From contig CAYVVT010000017.1 of assembly GCA_964454335.1 (NCBI GenBank), positions 1,770-65,769 of the forward strand: a stretch of 64,000 bases of DNA, in the 5' to 3' direction. How positions within the stretch are numbered: the stretch's first letter is position 1; each line of letters starts with the position of its first letter. Shown here in pieces: positions 19,834-29,860 of the stretch. This DNA comes from an uncultured Lentisphaeria bacterium (GTDB taxonomy: Bacteria > Fidelibacterota > UBA8477 > JABMPR01). The notes under the pieces are model-generated. The model was not told the DNA's origin. It did no database searches and worked only from the letters and a program-made list of their open reading frames with translations. The position numbers and the translations under genes are program-made.

Positions 19834-20649
19834 TCAGTTGAACTCGTCGAAAAGTACTTTGTAGGTGACATAGGAGATCTTGCCGGATTCGGTTCCCGGT
19901 GGCAGGGTCACTTCCACCCTGAAAGGAGCCGTGGCCCCAGGAGACAGGGAGGATTCGCTGATGATACCGGAGAAGAAAGAATAGGGCTCACCGCTGATAT
20001 AGGCTGAATCCTGCGCCACGATGTGCGTACGCTTGTCGTGCAGTCGGTACACGACCCGCACAAAATCCGCGCGACGCAGACCCTGGTTCTTCACCAGGCC
20101 GATGAAGACCCGTTTGTCAGAGTGGTGCTGGTCCTCGAAATCCCCGTCGATCTTGACGTCCGCGTGCAGTTTGTCGTAAGGTTTCAGATCGACGATATTT
20201 TCCTGCTCGATGGACAGCAGACCGATATTGGTCTGCACGATGACGCGGTCCAGGTTCTCCGAAATGATCTTACCCTGGACGATGGTGCCATTGCTGAGCC
20301 GGATCTCGCTGATCTGCTCAGGCAGGTTGATGAGCCTCTTGATCTCCTTGCGGATCCGGGGGGAACTGAGATCATCGTATTCGTCGATGCGCATACGCAG
20401 GCGGTTCAGCTCATCCTCGATCTCCCTGACCTCCTGCTGGAGCTGCCGCAGGGGATCGCCCATCTGGTACAGATCGATCTCAGGCTCGAAGAATTCACGG
20501 GGTGGACTCGGTGTCCGGCCACCACCCAGACTGTCCACCTGGGCGTACAGTGTCCCTGGAGTTGCTGGTATGAACAGACAGAAAGCCAGCAGCAGCAGGG
20601 GAATGATGAAAGCGGGTCTGCTCAATCGGCTCATCCTTCGGCCTCCCAA
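19834..20649 (-). CDS. hypothetical secreted protein (signal peptide, coiled-coil segment)
   Basis: 271 aa. The N-terminus carries a hydrophobic signal (PAFIIPLLLLAFCLFIPATPGTLYAQ), and the central region is predicted coiled coil (QQEVREIEDELNRLRMRIDEY). No family was recognised. Confidence 0.55.
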   Translation of the reverse strand: MGGRRMSRLSRPAFIIPLLLLAFCLFIPATPGTLYAQVDSLGGGRTPSPPREFFEPEIDLYQMGDPLRQLQQEVREIEDELNRLRMRIDEYDDLSSPRIRKEIKRLINLPEQISEIRLSNGTIVQGKIISENLDRVIVQTNIGLLSIEQENIVDLKPYDKLHADVKIDGDFEDQHHSDKRVFIGLVKNQGLRRADFVRVVYRLHDKRTHIVAQDSAYISGEPYSFFSGIISESSLSPGATAPFRVEVTLPPGTESGKISYVTYKVLFDEFN

Positions 20650-21734
20650 GCCGCTTGTGTTTTCCGGGCTGTTTCCTGAAGTTTCTGTTCGAGTGAATAG
20701 TCTTCCAGGGTTTCCACGAGCTGCTTTATGTCTTTATAGAAGATGTAGTTGTCAGGGTTGTCCAGGATCTCGATGAGACTTTCTGCGATCTGAGCGTCCT
20801 CGAATTTCACCAGGCTCTGGATGGCACGTCTGCGATAGCGGCTGGGCAGTGTATCGTCCTGGGCTACTTTCAGCATGGCGCCTTTCAGTTTGGGATCATC
20901 AAAATCCCCCAGGGCCTGGGTGATGGCATCCACCATGGCATGATAGGTGGCCTGCTCGTTATGCAGGGCTTCAATGAGCGCGATCACCAGCCGTTCGTCT
21001 TTATATTCATCCATCACTGAGATGGCAAAGCTCTCAACCTGGCGCTGCGTCTGGGGATTTTCAAGCATCTCTGCGAGCATGGTGGCGATAGCAGGGTCAT
21101 TCTTTGAAGCCAGGATCTCCACTGCCAGATTACGAGTACCGATATCTATCTTGGGGTTCTTGGCGATCTGCATGAGAATGGGGACAACCCGCTCGTCATC
21201 AAGGCGTCCCAGCGTAAGCGTCAAATTCTTCAGGAAGGCCGCATAGTCCGTCTTTGCCTCTGCGTACATCTTGAGGATAAGGGCGATGGATCTTGCATCC
21301 ACCTGGTCCTCAACGATCTGGAACATCTCGTCCCGGACCTGGATGTAACCTTTGCGGCTCGATTCCATAGCCAGCAGGATGGTACGGATATTCTCCACAT
21401 CCTGTGTCCGGCTCAGGGCCTGTACTCCGATATTGAATAATTCGTAATCAAGGTCCTCACCTTCCTTCAAAGAATTGCGGATAGCCTGGATGCCCACGGG
21501 ATCATTCGATTCAATGATCTTCATGAGCGCTTCCTTGCGTACTTCCTTGGGCAGGCTAGGATCCCGGTAGTAGGTTATGAGATTATTGAGGGCCTTCTTC
21601 TTGCCTTCGCGGTAATCACTGTAGCTCTCAGAGACCATACTGGAATCGACGACATCGTTCGATGAGCAGGTCACCAGAAATACCGTGGCGGCCACCGGTA
21701 ACAGGTACCGTAAAAACCTTCGAGCTGTGTTCAT
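20631..21734 (-). CDS. HEAT/PBS-lyase-like repeat lipoprotein
   Basis: The start is taken at MNTARRFLRYLLPVAATVFLVTCSS, a lipoprotein signal with lipobox Cys. Repeated alpha-helical HEAT-like units follow (DPAIATMLAEMLENP..., ...ILDNPDNY). The 3' end overlaps the downstream gene by 19 nt. Confidence 0.6.
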   Translation of the reverse strand: MNTARRFLRYLLPVAATVFLVTCSSNDVVDSSMVSESYSDYREGKKKALNNLITYYRDPSLPKEVRKEALMKIIESNDPVGIQAIRNSLKEGEDLDYELFNIGVQALSRTQDVENIRTILLAMESSRKGYIQVRDEMFQIVEDQVDARSIALILKMYAEAKTDYAAFLKNLTLTLGRLDDERVVPILMQIAKNPKIDIGTRNLAVEILASKNDPAIATMLAEMLENPQTQRQVESFAISVMDEYKDERLVIALIEALHNEQATYHAMVDAITQALGDFDDPKLKGAMLKVAQDDTLPSRYRRRAIQSLVKFEDAQIAESLIEILDNPDNYIFYKDIKQLVETLEDYSLEQKLQETARKTQAAWEAEG

Positions 21735-21811
21735 GGGCTTTCCCACTGTAAAGATGTTGTTCACACCCGGTTTGAACCTTTCAATCAGTTTATCCTAATT
21801 TTGGGTGCAAG

Positions 21812-22576
21812 TCAAGCTAAAAGCCTCTGTGGCAGGCTTTTAACAGGCCACTGTTTAAGTGATAGATTCAGTCCATCGTAGTAACCGTATGAAAAATGCT
21901 GTAGGAAGTCACCTATGGTGAGGAAGGTTTTTCCATCAACGTTTTGCAGTCGTGGAAGATGAATGTGGCCGGTGACAAAGAAATCGACACCCTCGGCGAA
22001 CACCGTTCGGGCATACTCTACATTCTCATCGATGAGGGCGTTCAGGTCATGCAGGGTATCCTCAGTGAGGGTCCGGCTGGTATAGGATACCTTTTCTGCC
22101 AGCCACTTGCCCATTGCCGGGGGGACCAGCCAACGGAACAGGAAGGTGCTGGTACGGCTGCGGATAATGCGCCTGAAGACGCGATAGGCCCGGTCATCCT
22201 TTGCCAGTCCATCACCGTGTATGCAGAAGAAACGATGATCGTTCAGTTCGATCTCCACGGGATCGAGATGGATGATGATGCCCAGCTCATTTTTCAGGAA
22301 CGCTCCCAGCCAGAAATCATGGTTTCCGGCGATGTAATGGATCTCGATACCCGCCTGGGTCAATTCAGCCAGCTTCTGATACACCCCCCTGTATTCCTCG
22401 ATGATGACAGAGCCCCATTCAAAATAGAAATCAAAGAAATCCCCGACGATGATGAGGGTCGCTTGCTCTGTACGCACCTGGTCCAGCAGACTGAACAGTT
22501 CATTTCTGCGTACCTGCTCATTGCCCTTAACTTTCATGGCGAGATGAACGTCAGAGATGAAGTAGGCGGATTGCAT
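21812..22576 (-). CDS. UDP-2,3-diacylglucosamine hydrolase-like metallophosphoesterase (LpxH family)
   Basis: 254 aa with calcineurin-like motifs DVHL, GDFFDF and GNHDFW. Confidence 0.7.
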   Translation of the reverse strand: MQSAYFISDVHLAMKVKGNEQVRRNELFSLLDQVRTEQATLIIVGDFFDFYFEWGSVIIEEYRGVYQKLAELTQAGIEIHYIAGNHDFWLGAFLKNELGIIIHLDPVEIELNDHRFFCIHGDGLAKDDRAYRVFRRIIRSRTSTFLFRWLVPPAMGKWLAEKVSYTSRTLTEDTLHDLNALIDENVEYARTVFAEGVDFFVTGHIHLPRLQNVDGKTFLTIGDFLQHFSYGYYDGLNLSLKQWPVKSLPQRLLA

Positions 22577-22725
22577 GGCGCAAAAGTTACACGGAGCACA
22601 TGTTTCAACCAGTCATTTGTACCAATCTTATCTCAGGATGGAGAAGCGTTTGACAAGCGTGTGACCTTTATGTATTTTGCCGATTACGGGTGGAACCTAT
22701 GCGCAGAAACAGGTGTTGAAAAAAC

Positions 22726-25700
22726 ATGAATAATATGATCCCCTACGGACGTCTCATATGTCTGCTATTCCTTGGCCTGCTGGTTGTGGTTCAGCCCCTC
22801 GAGGCCAAGTTCGGAAAGAACAAGGTCCAGTACAAGACCATCGAATGGTCCTATCTGCAAACCCCTCATTTTGATATCTATTTTTACGAGGGTGGCGAGC
22901 ATGTAGCACAATACGCTGCAGACATCGCTGAAAAATCCTACAATCATATAGCCTTCCAGCTCAACTGGCAGCTGAGTAAACGCATATCGATCATCCTGTA
23001 CAATTCACACAACGATTTCCAGCAGACAAATGTCACCCTGAGCTATCTCCAGGAAGGTATCGGCGGTTTTACCGAACTGTTCAAGAATCGCGTGGTGATG
23101 CCATTCGAGGGCAGTTATGAACAGTTTCGCCATGTGCTGCATCACGAGTTGACCCATGCCATTATCAACGATCTGATCTATGGTGGTAATGTTCAGTCCA
23201 TCGTATCCGGCAAGATGCGTGTGAACATGCCGCTCTGGTTGACGGAAGGCTACGCAGAGTACAGTTCACTGGACTGGGATTCCAGAGCAGACATGATCCT
23301 GCGGGATGCTGCGGTCAACGGCCAATTGCCTTCGGTGGATTACCTGAACTACTACATGGCTTACAAGGGTGGCCAGAGTGTGCTGCGTTTTATCGGCGAG
23401 ACCTATGGCGTAGAGCGTATCGGAGAATTGTTCCACGAGATCCGCCGCAGAAAGAATGTCGATCAGGCACTGGAAACCTCCCTGGGTATGGATACAGAGG
23501 GACTCACGGAGAAATGGCATCTCGCCGTACGCCGGGACTACTGGCCGGATATCGAGGGTCGCGAAAATCTGGAATCCACCGGGCAGCGCCTCACCGACCA
23601 TGCGGAACTGCGGAATTATTTCAATGTCAGCCCGGCCATATCGCCCAACGGTGGTAAGATCGCCTTCCTCTCTGACCGGTCAGGATATGCCGATATCTAT
23701 GTCATGTCCGCAGATGATGGCCGTCAGATGAACCGTATCGTCTCCGGGCAGCGGAAGGCCGACCTGGAAGAACTGAAATGGCTGAGTCCGGGTCTGTCCT
23801 GGGCTCCGAATAACCGTCATATTGTCTTCGCGGCCAAGTCAGGGGATGAGGACGCGCTGGTCTTCTTCGATACCCAGGACGAGAAGAAGAAGATCCGTAA
23901 GCTGGGTCTTGACGGGATCTTCACGGCAAGCTGGTCGCCAAATGGCGATGATGTGGTCTTTTCAGGTATCAAGAATGGTCGTACCGACCTGTTCCTTTAC
24001 TCCATCAAGACCAGGGAACTACGTCCGCTTACCTCTGATGTATTCTCAGATTCCCGCCCGTCATGGTCAGCCGATGGCAACAAGATCGCATTTATCTCTG
24101 ATCGCGGTTCCATTTTGAACAATGGTCTGTCACCTGTCGCTGAGCAGGATGTCCGTGAGCAGGTTCTGACGCATGATTTCATGTTCACCGATGTCTATGT
24201 CTACGATCTGCCCAGCGGACTGATCCAACGCATCACCAACTCACCTGGGAACGAGGATTCACCGGTATTCTCCAGCACGACCAATCAGCTGGCCTATACT
24301 TCTGAGCGATCAGGTATCTCCAATATCTATCTGTATAATTTTGACAGTGGTGAAGAATCACCGCTCACAAATATCATGACCGGTATCTTCCAGCTAAGTT
24401 GGAGTGCAGATGATTCCCGTCTGGTCTTTTCCGGCTACGAGCATGGTGGCTGGGATATCTTCAGCATGAATAATCCGCTGGGGGAGATGGACAAGGTTCC
24501 TGATCCACCGCTTTCGAACTACCTGACCCGCAAGAATCTCCAACTCGACCTGACTTACTCGGATACGTTGCCAGATCGTGTCAGCGAGGAGAAGCGCGAG
24601 TTCGAGAAGTACGTCTTTACGGGACCGGAATCCTACTTTGACACATCACCTGTAGATGTAGCCGAGCCCATCGATCCAAGCGTTTTTCAGGACAGCTCCG
24701 GGGATTACCGGATCCGGGACTACAAGACCCGGTTTACCGTCGACCTGGTGGACGCCCAGGCCGGTTACTCCAATTTCTTCGGGCTCCAGGGGAATGCCGT
24801 CATGGTATTCAGTGATATCCTTGGCAACCACCGTATCCTCTTTGGATTCGAGCTGTACAAGGACCTTCAACATTCCGATCTGCTGCTGGGCTATGATTAT
24901 CTGGCCAACCGGACCAACCTGCATGCCATGCTGTTCAATTACCCGGACCAGTACCAGGTATATAACTGGGTTGGATACTACCGGACCGAGATCTGGACCT
25001 TCCGGCAGTATGGCGGGATCTTCGGGCTGGATTATCCGCTGAGCAAGTATTCCCGTATTGAAGGGAGCGTCACCTGGCTGAACTTGTACAAACGTGTTAC
25101 CGAGGCTGTAAGCCTGACGGAGGTCGTGGATCTCATCGAGCCCCAGAATTCGGTGTACATGATGCCGTCACTCACCTGGTCATTTGATAATGTGCTTTAC
25201 GGTAGTCTGTACCCGGTGGACGGCTGGCGCATGGACGTCGGGATCAAGGCGTCACCACCCTTCCCGCTGGCAGAGCGTGAATTCGTCACTCTGAATACTG
25301 ATATCCGCAGGTACTTCAAGGTTTACAATGAATACTCTTTCGCCCTGCGCTTCTCGGCGGGGAGCAGTCATGGTCCCCAGCCTGAACAGTATCTGGCAGG
25401 TGGTGTGGCCAACTGGCTCAACTACCGGGTGGAGGGGCAATATCTGGATCGCCTGCGCGAGTACGAGGACCTTTATTTCTCCCAATATGTGACACCGATC
25501 CGGGGTGCACCGTATTTTTCCCTGGTAGGCAATCATTTCTCAGCATTCAATGCGGAATTTCGCTTTCCGTTTATCGAATACCTGGTCCTGAAGTGGCCGA
25601 TCTCAGCGGTATTCGGTAATGTGCGGGGCCTGATGTTTGCCGATTGGGTCCGTGTCTGGGATGCAGCTGATCTTGAAAATCGCAGCACCGCAGAAATCCT

Positions 25701-25857
25701 GTTCAAAGATTCTGATAACACCTATTTTGGAACGGGGCTGGGTCTGCGTGTCAATCTTGGCATCTTTGTCCTGCGATACGACCTGGCATATGACATGAGC
25801 ACACGACCGAGGTACTCGGATCCTCAGCACATCTGGTCGCTGGGACTTGATTTTTAA
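22726..25857 (+). CDS. large outer-membrane protein with N-terminal HEXXH metallopeptidase-like domain, PD40/TolB-type beta-propeller repeats and C-terminal Omp85/BamA-type beta-barrel
   Basis: 1043 aa with a signal peptide. HHELTHAII is followed by a downstream TEGYAEY Glu, a gluzincin-like arrangement. Several PD40 repeats are present (SPNGGKIAFLSDRSGYADIYVM, SWSPNGDDVVFSG, SWSADGNKIAFISDR). The C-terminal 300 aa are beta-strand-rich and end ...WSLGLDF. Confidence 0.7.
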   Translation: MNNMIPYGRLICLLFLGLLVVVQPLEAKFGKNKVQYKTIEWSYLQTPHFDIYFYEGGEHVAQYAADIAEKSYNHIAFQLNWQLSKRISIILYNSHNDFQQTNVTLSYLQEGIGGFTELFKNRVVMPFEGSYEQFRHVLHHELTHAIINDLIYGGNVQSIVSGKMRVNMPLWLTEGYAEYSSLDWDSRADMILRDAAVNGQLPSVDYLNYYMAYKGGQSVLRFIGETYGVERIGELFHEIRRRKNVDQALETSLGMDTEGLTEKWHLAVRRDYWPDIEGRENLESTGQRLTDHAELRNYFNVSPAISPNGGKIAFLSDRSGYADIYVMSADDGRQMNRIVSGQRKADLEELKWLSPGLSWAPNNRHIVFAAKSGDEDALVFFDTQDEKKKIRKLGLDGIFTASWSPNGDDVVFSGIKNGRTDLFLYSIKTRELRPLTSDVFSDSRPSWSADGNKIAFISDRGSILNNGLSPVAEQDVREQVLTHDFMFTDVYVYDLPSGLIQRITNSPGNEDSPVFSSTTNQLAYTSERSGISNIYLYNFDSGEESPLTNIMTGIFQLSWSADDSRLVFSGYEHGGWDIFSMNNPLGEMDKVPDPPLSNYLTRKNLQLDLTYSDTLPDRVSEEKREFEKYVFTGPESYFDTSPVDVAEPIDPSVFQDSSGDYRIRDYKTRFTVDLVDAQAGYSNFFGLQGNAVMVFSDILGNHRILFGFELYKDLQHSDLLLGYDYLANRTNLHAMLFNYPDQYQVYNWVGYYRTEIWTFRQYGGIFGLDYPLSKYSRIEGSVTWLNLYKRVTEAVSLTEVVDLIEPQNSVYMMPSLTWSFDNVLYGSLYPVDGWRMDVGIKASPPFPLAEREFVTLNTDIRRYFKVYNEYSFALRFSAGSSHGPQPEQYLAGGVANWLNYRVEGQYLDRLREYEDLYFSQYVTPIRGAPYFSLVGNHFSAFNAEFRFPFIEYLVLKWPISAVFGNVRGLMFADWVRVWDAADLENRSTAEILFKDSDNTYFGTGLGLRVNLGIFVLRYDLAYDMSTRPRYSDPQHIWSLGLDF

Positions 25858-26630
25858 TGATTCAATTCATTCGCTTCTTCGGGAAGCATACAATCGATTT
25901 CATCATGGCCATTGGGCAGATCTTCATTCTGTTCTGGAAATCGATATTAAACATTCACTACTTCCATAGAGATCGGGTCCTTTACATCCAGCAGATGTAC
26001 GTCCTGGGTGTGAAAGCCCTTCCTCTGGTGGCCATCATTGCCAGTTTTGCTGGAGCCGTTTCAGGTTGGCAGGGGGCCTACCAGCTGGAAGATGCTCTGC
26101 CCAAGAGCTTCTTCGGACAGATCGTACCCATCGGCATCCTGTCCGAGATGGGACCGGTCCTGGTGGCACTGGTACTTGCGGGCCGCAATGGGTCTTCCAT
26201 CGCAGCCGAGATTGCCACCATGAAGGTCACCGAGCAGGTGGATGCCTTACAGGCCATGGCCATCAATCCGGTGCGCTACCTGGTGACCCCCCGGGTGTTC
26301 AGCATGCTGCTGATGATGCCCGTGCTGATCATCGTCGGTGATTTTGTCGCCATCTTCGTTGCAGGTGCCATCGGTGACTGGTTCTTCGACATTAACTTTG
26401 CGATGTACTTCAACGCATTCCAATCAGTGTTCAATGTCTGGCAGGATTTTTTACCCAGTATCTATAAAGGTTTGATCTTCGGCTTATCAGTCGGTCTGGT
26501 AAGCTGCTGGGTGGGATTGCATTCTGCCCGGGGTGCCAGTGGGGTTGGACGAGCAGCCATTAATGCCTTCGTGTACTCCGCTACTCTCGTTCTGATGAGC
26601 GACTTCCTCGTGGCAGTGATCGTATACTGA
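25857..26630 (+). CDS. mlaE: MlaE-family ABC transporter permease (phospholipid ABC transport)
   Basis: 257 aa polytopic membrane protein with the conserved MlaE/Ttg2B core (GPVLVALVLAGRNGSSIAAEIATMKVTEQVDALQAMAINP). Confidence 0.8.
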   Translation: MIQFIRFFGKHTIDFIMAIGQIFILFWKSILNIHYFHRDRVLYIQQMYVLGVKALPLVAIIASFAGAVSGWQGAYQLEDALPKSFFGQIVPIGILSEMGPVLVALVLAGRNGSSIAAEIATMKVTEQVDALQAMAINPVRYLVTPRVFSMLLMMPVLIIVGDFVAIFVAGAIGDWFFDINFAMYFNAFQSVFNVWQDFLPSIYKGLIFGLSVGLVSCWVGLHSARGASGVGRAAINAFVYSATLVLMSDFLVAVIVY

Positions 26631-26652
26631 TTCTATTCGAAAAAGGAACATA

Positions 26653-27999
26653 ATGGCAAAAACCAGGACGGTATTTGTCTGTGACAATTGTGGTGCGGAG
26701 TATCCCAAGTGGGTGGGGAAGTGCAGTGCCTGCGGTGCCTGGGAGACTATCCGCGAATTTCGACCGTCGAAGTCAAGAGGGCGCCAGGACAGCAGTCCTA
26801 CCGAGGTTCACGATCTCCGGGACATCGATCGCAAACGATCGGAGCGGTTGGTTTCAGGACTCAGCGATCTCGATCTCGTCCTGGGGGGTGGACTGGTACC
26901 TGCCAGCATTGTGCTTTTTGGCGGGGAGCCCGGGATCGGGAAGTCAACCCTTCTGCTGCAATTGGCCGGGGCATTGGCGGAAAAGGATGTTCCCAGCCTG
27001 TATTTCTCAGGTGAAGAAAGCGCCGAACAACTCGCTATGCGCGCCGACCGTCTGGGTATTGACAGTAAGCGGCTGCAGATAGCCAGCGAGGCTTCCATTG
27101 AGCGGATGGAAGAGGTCATCAACCGTGTATCTCCAAACCTGGTGATCGTGGATTCAATACAGACCGCCTTTGTGGAAAGTGCCGAAAACCTGCCAGGGAG
27201 TATCGGTCAGGTGCGTGCCTGTGCTAACCAGCTGCTGCGACTGGCCAAGCAACAGCAGATTACAGTCGTCATGGTAGGCCACATCACCAAGGACGGTTAT
27301 CTGGCAGGTCCGAAGATGCTGGAGCACCTGGTGGATACGGTGCTCTACCTCGAAGGTGATCGCCAGCACCAGTTCCGTCTGCTGCGTGCCGTAAAGAATC
27401 GATTCGGTGCTACCAATGAGCTGGGTGTGTATGAAATGATGAGTACCGGACTGCAACCCGTGGCAAATCCCAGCGAACTCTTTCTTGATCCCAACCGCAA
27501 GAACGTCAGCGGTTCTGTGATCGTGTCGGACATGGAAGGTAATCGGACCTTCTTTCTTGAAGTCCAGGCCCTGGTATCTCCGGCCGCATATGGTAATCCC
27601 CAGCGCAATGTCACCGGTTTTGATCTCAGACGCCTGCAAATGCTGCTGGCTGTCCTGGAGCGCAGGGCCGGACAGCGGGTGGCAACCCAGGATGTCTTCA
27701 TCAACGCTGTAGGCGGATTGAAACTGGATGAGCCTGGTGCGGACCTTGGTGTGATCGCAGCCATCGTTTCAAGCATGAAGGACCAGCCCATCAACGCGGA
27801 GACCCTGTTGCTTGGAGAAGTCGGCCTGGGTGGAGAGGTGCGGAGTGTGCAGCACATCCGGCGACGTCTCGAAGAAGCCGTGAAACTGGGCTTTAAACAT
27901 GCAGCCGTGCCAGCCGGAGATGTCAAACATGCGAGGGATCTGCAACTGAATGTGATTCCTGTCAACAGTGTCAATGAAGCCATCGATCTTTTATTCTGA
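26653..27999 (+). CDS. radA: DNA repair protein RadA (Sms)
   Basis: 448 aa with an N-terminal C4 zinc finger (CDNCGAEYPKWVGKCSACGAW), Walker A GEPGIGKSTLLLQ, the KNRFG motif and a Lon-protease-like C-terminal domain. Confidence 0.9.
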   Translation: MAKTRTVFVCDNCGAEYPKWVGKCSACGAWETIREFRPSKSRGRQDSSPTEVHDLRDIDRKRSERLVSGLSDLDLVLGGGLVPASIVLFGGEPGIGKSTLLLQLAGALAEKDVPSLYFSGEESAEQLAMRADRLGIDSKRLQIASEASIERMEEVINRVSPNLVIVDSIQTAFVESAENLPGSIGQVRACANQLLRLAKQQQITVVMVGHITKDGYLAGPKMLEHLVDTVLYLEGDRQHQFRLLRAVKNRFGATNELGVYEMMSTGLQPVANPSELFLDPNRKNVSGSVIVSDMEGNRTFFLEVQALVSPAAYGNPQRNVTGFDLRRLQMLLAVLERRAGQRVATQDVFINAVGGLKLDEPGADLGVIAAIVSSMKDQPINAETLLLGEVGLGGEVRSVQHIRRRLEEAVKLGFKHAAVPAGDVKHARDLQLNVIPVNSVNEAIDLLF

Positions 28000-29132
28000 T
28001 GCAGATCGCCAATTTAAAGATCTCAAGTGATAGTAAAGCCCGAGCGGGAACCCTGGTTAGCGATCATGGCAAGATCCCAACGCCGGTGTTCATGCCCGTA
28101 GGCACCGCTGGTTCCGTCAAGGCGCTGGCTCCACGCGATCTCACCGAGGCACAGGCTGCCATCATCCTTGGCAATACCTACCATCTCCTGTTGAGACCCG
28201 GTACCCAGATCATCGAAGCGGCTGGAGGACTACACAACTTCATGAGCTGGAAGGGTGCCATGCTCACCGACAGCGGAGGTTACCAGGTTTTTTCGCTGAG
28301 TGAGCTGAACAGGATCAGCGAGGAGGGGGTTACCTTTCAATCACCGCTGGATGGCAGCCGTTACCAGCTTACCCCGGAAACCAGTATCGACATTCAACGC
28401 AGTCTGGGTGCAGATATCATCATGGCTTTTGACGAATGTACACCTCATCCAGTCTCTGAGGAGGGAGCCCGGGATTCCATGGATCGTACGCACCGCTGGG
28501 AGAAACGCAGTGTGGACCATTTTCGCAAGGGCAGCAGCCGTTACGATCATGACCAGCATCTTTTCGGCATCGTTCAGGGCAGCATCTATCCTGAGCTCAG
28601 ACGGCAGAGCGCTGCCCGTATCACTGCCATGGAGTTCGACGGATACGCCATCGGTGGATTGAGTGTGGGTGAGAGCAAAGATGATATGTACACCATTACG
28701 GATGTGGTAACTGATGAACTGCCGGTAGATCAACCACGCTACCTGATGGGTGTGGGGAAACCTGAGGACCTGGTGACAGCCGTGGGACTGGGTGTGGACA
28801 TGTTCGACTGTGTGCTACCCACCCGCAATGCCCGTCATGGCGTACTCTATACCTGGAAGGGCCAGTTATCTGTGAAGGCCGGCCGGGAGAAGGAGCGGTT
28901 TGAGCCGGTGGATGAAAATTGCAGCTGCTATTGCTGTCAGAATTTCGACCGGGCCTATCTCAGGCATCTACTGCATGCAGGTGAGATCCTGGGTATGCAG
29001 CTGGCCTCGATACACAACACCCATTTCTACCAGGAGTTGATGCGTCGGATGCGTAAACGGATCCTGGAGGACAAGTTCAAGCAGTTCCAGTTCGAATTCT
29101 TCCAGAACTACCGATTGGACCAGGACGAATGA
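27999..29132 (+). CDS. tgt: queuine tRNA-ribosyltransferase (tRNA-guanine transglycosylase)
   Basis: 377 aa. It has the conserved TGT N-terminus (TPVFMPVGTAGSVKAL), the GGLSVGE region and a C-terminal zinc-site Cys cluster (CSCYCC). Confidence 0.9.
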   Translation: MQIANLKISSDSKARAGTLVSDHGKIPTPVFMPVGTAGSVKALAPRDLTEAQAAIILGNTYHLLLRPGTQIIEAAGGLHNFMSWKGAMLTDSGGYQVFSLSELNRISEEGVTFQSPLDGSRYQLTPETSIDIQRSLGADIIMAFDECTPHPVSEEGARDSMDRTHRWEKRSVDHFRKGSSRYDHDQHLFGIVQGSIYPELRRQSAARITAMEFDGYAIGGLSVGESKDDMYTITDVVTDELPVDQPRYLMGVGKPEDLVTAVGLGVDMFDCVLPTRNARHGVLYTWKGQLSVKAGREKERFEPVDENCSCYCCQNFDRAYLRHLLHAGEILGMQLASIHNTHFYQELMRRMRKRILEDKFKQFQFEFFQNYRLDQDE

Positions 29133-29860
29133 ATCAGGGATCCCAGATGAAAATGAGCATACCCGGTCCACTGCTGGAGGGTGAGTTCCTGCACCGGCCA
29201 AACCGATTTCTCTCCCGGATTCGGCTGAATGGCAGGGAGGTCTGGTCACATGTCCCTGATCCCGGCCGGCTGAAGGAACTGCTCATTCCTGGCGCGAAGG
29301 TCCTTCTGGAAAAGAAGCCAGGCGCCAACCGCAAGACCAAATACGCAACGGTAATGGTCTATCAGGGAGAAGAGCTGGTTTCCATCAATTCCCTTCTGCC
29401 CAACCGCTTCGCACGGTTCTGCATGGATAACCAGTTGATCCCGGAACTGCTGGGCTGGCGGGTGAAAAAGGCCGAAGCCAGCTTTGGTGAATCTCGCTTT
29501 GACTTCCTGCTTGAAATGGGTTCGCGTCAGAAAGTGGTGGAGGTCAAATCCGTCACCCTGGTGGAAGATGGCCTGGCCAGGTTTCCGGATGCTGTGACCA
29601 GCAGGGGCGCCCGACATGTCAAACATCTTTCGGAATTGATCAACGAGAAGCGATCAACAGCCGTCCTATTCCTGGTCCAACGTTCAGACGCCAAGCGCTT
29701 TGAACCACACTGGGAGAGGGATCCACACTTCGCTGAGACCCTGGCGGAAGCCGCTGCTGCCGGTGTTGAAGTGCTGGTATATACAGCCAGTCTGAATGAA
29801 CGCTGGATGGCCCTGGGGAACGCCCTCCCGATCAATCTTGAGGCACCTGCCGATGAATAG
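29129..29860 (+). CDS. sfsA: sugar fermentation stimulation protein SfsA
   Basis: 243 aa with the SfsA family N-terminus (GEFLHRPNRFLSRIRLNGREVWSHVPDPGRL). Confidence 0.85.
   Translation: MNQGSQMKMSIPGPLLEGEFLHRPNRFLSRIRLNGREVWSHVPDPGRLKELLIPGAKVLLEKKPGANRKTKYATVMVYQGEELVSINSLLPNRFARFCMDNQLIPELLGWRVKKAEASFGESRFDFLLEMGSRQKVVEVKSVTLVEDGLARFPDAVTSRGARHVKHLSELINEKRSTAVLFLVQRSDAKRFEPHWERDPHFAETLAEAAAAGVEVLVYTASLNERWMALGNALPINLEAPADE

Noticed and set aside
26038-26341. Several Arg/Gly/Pro-rich alternative-frame ORFs inside mlaE and other genes (for example 26066..26341, 12616..12984, 30270..30809)
   Set aside because: These are typical GC-rich off-frame or antisense ORFs inside genes that carry strong family signatures.
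25857-26630. Expected mlaF/mlaD partners next to mlaE
   Set aside because: They are not present on either side. The upstream gene is the large OMP and the downstream gene is radA. MlaE may work with partners encoded elsewhere. No claim is made.
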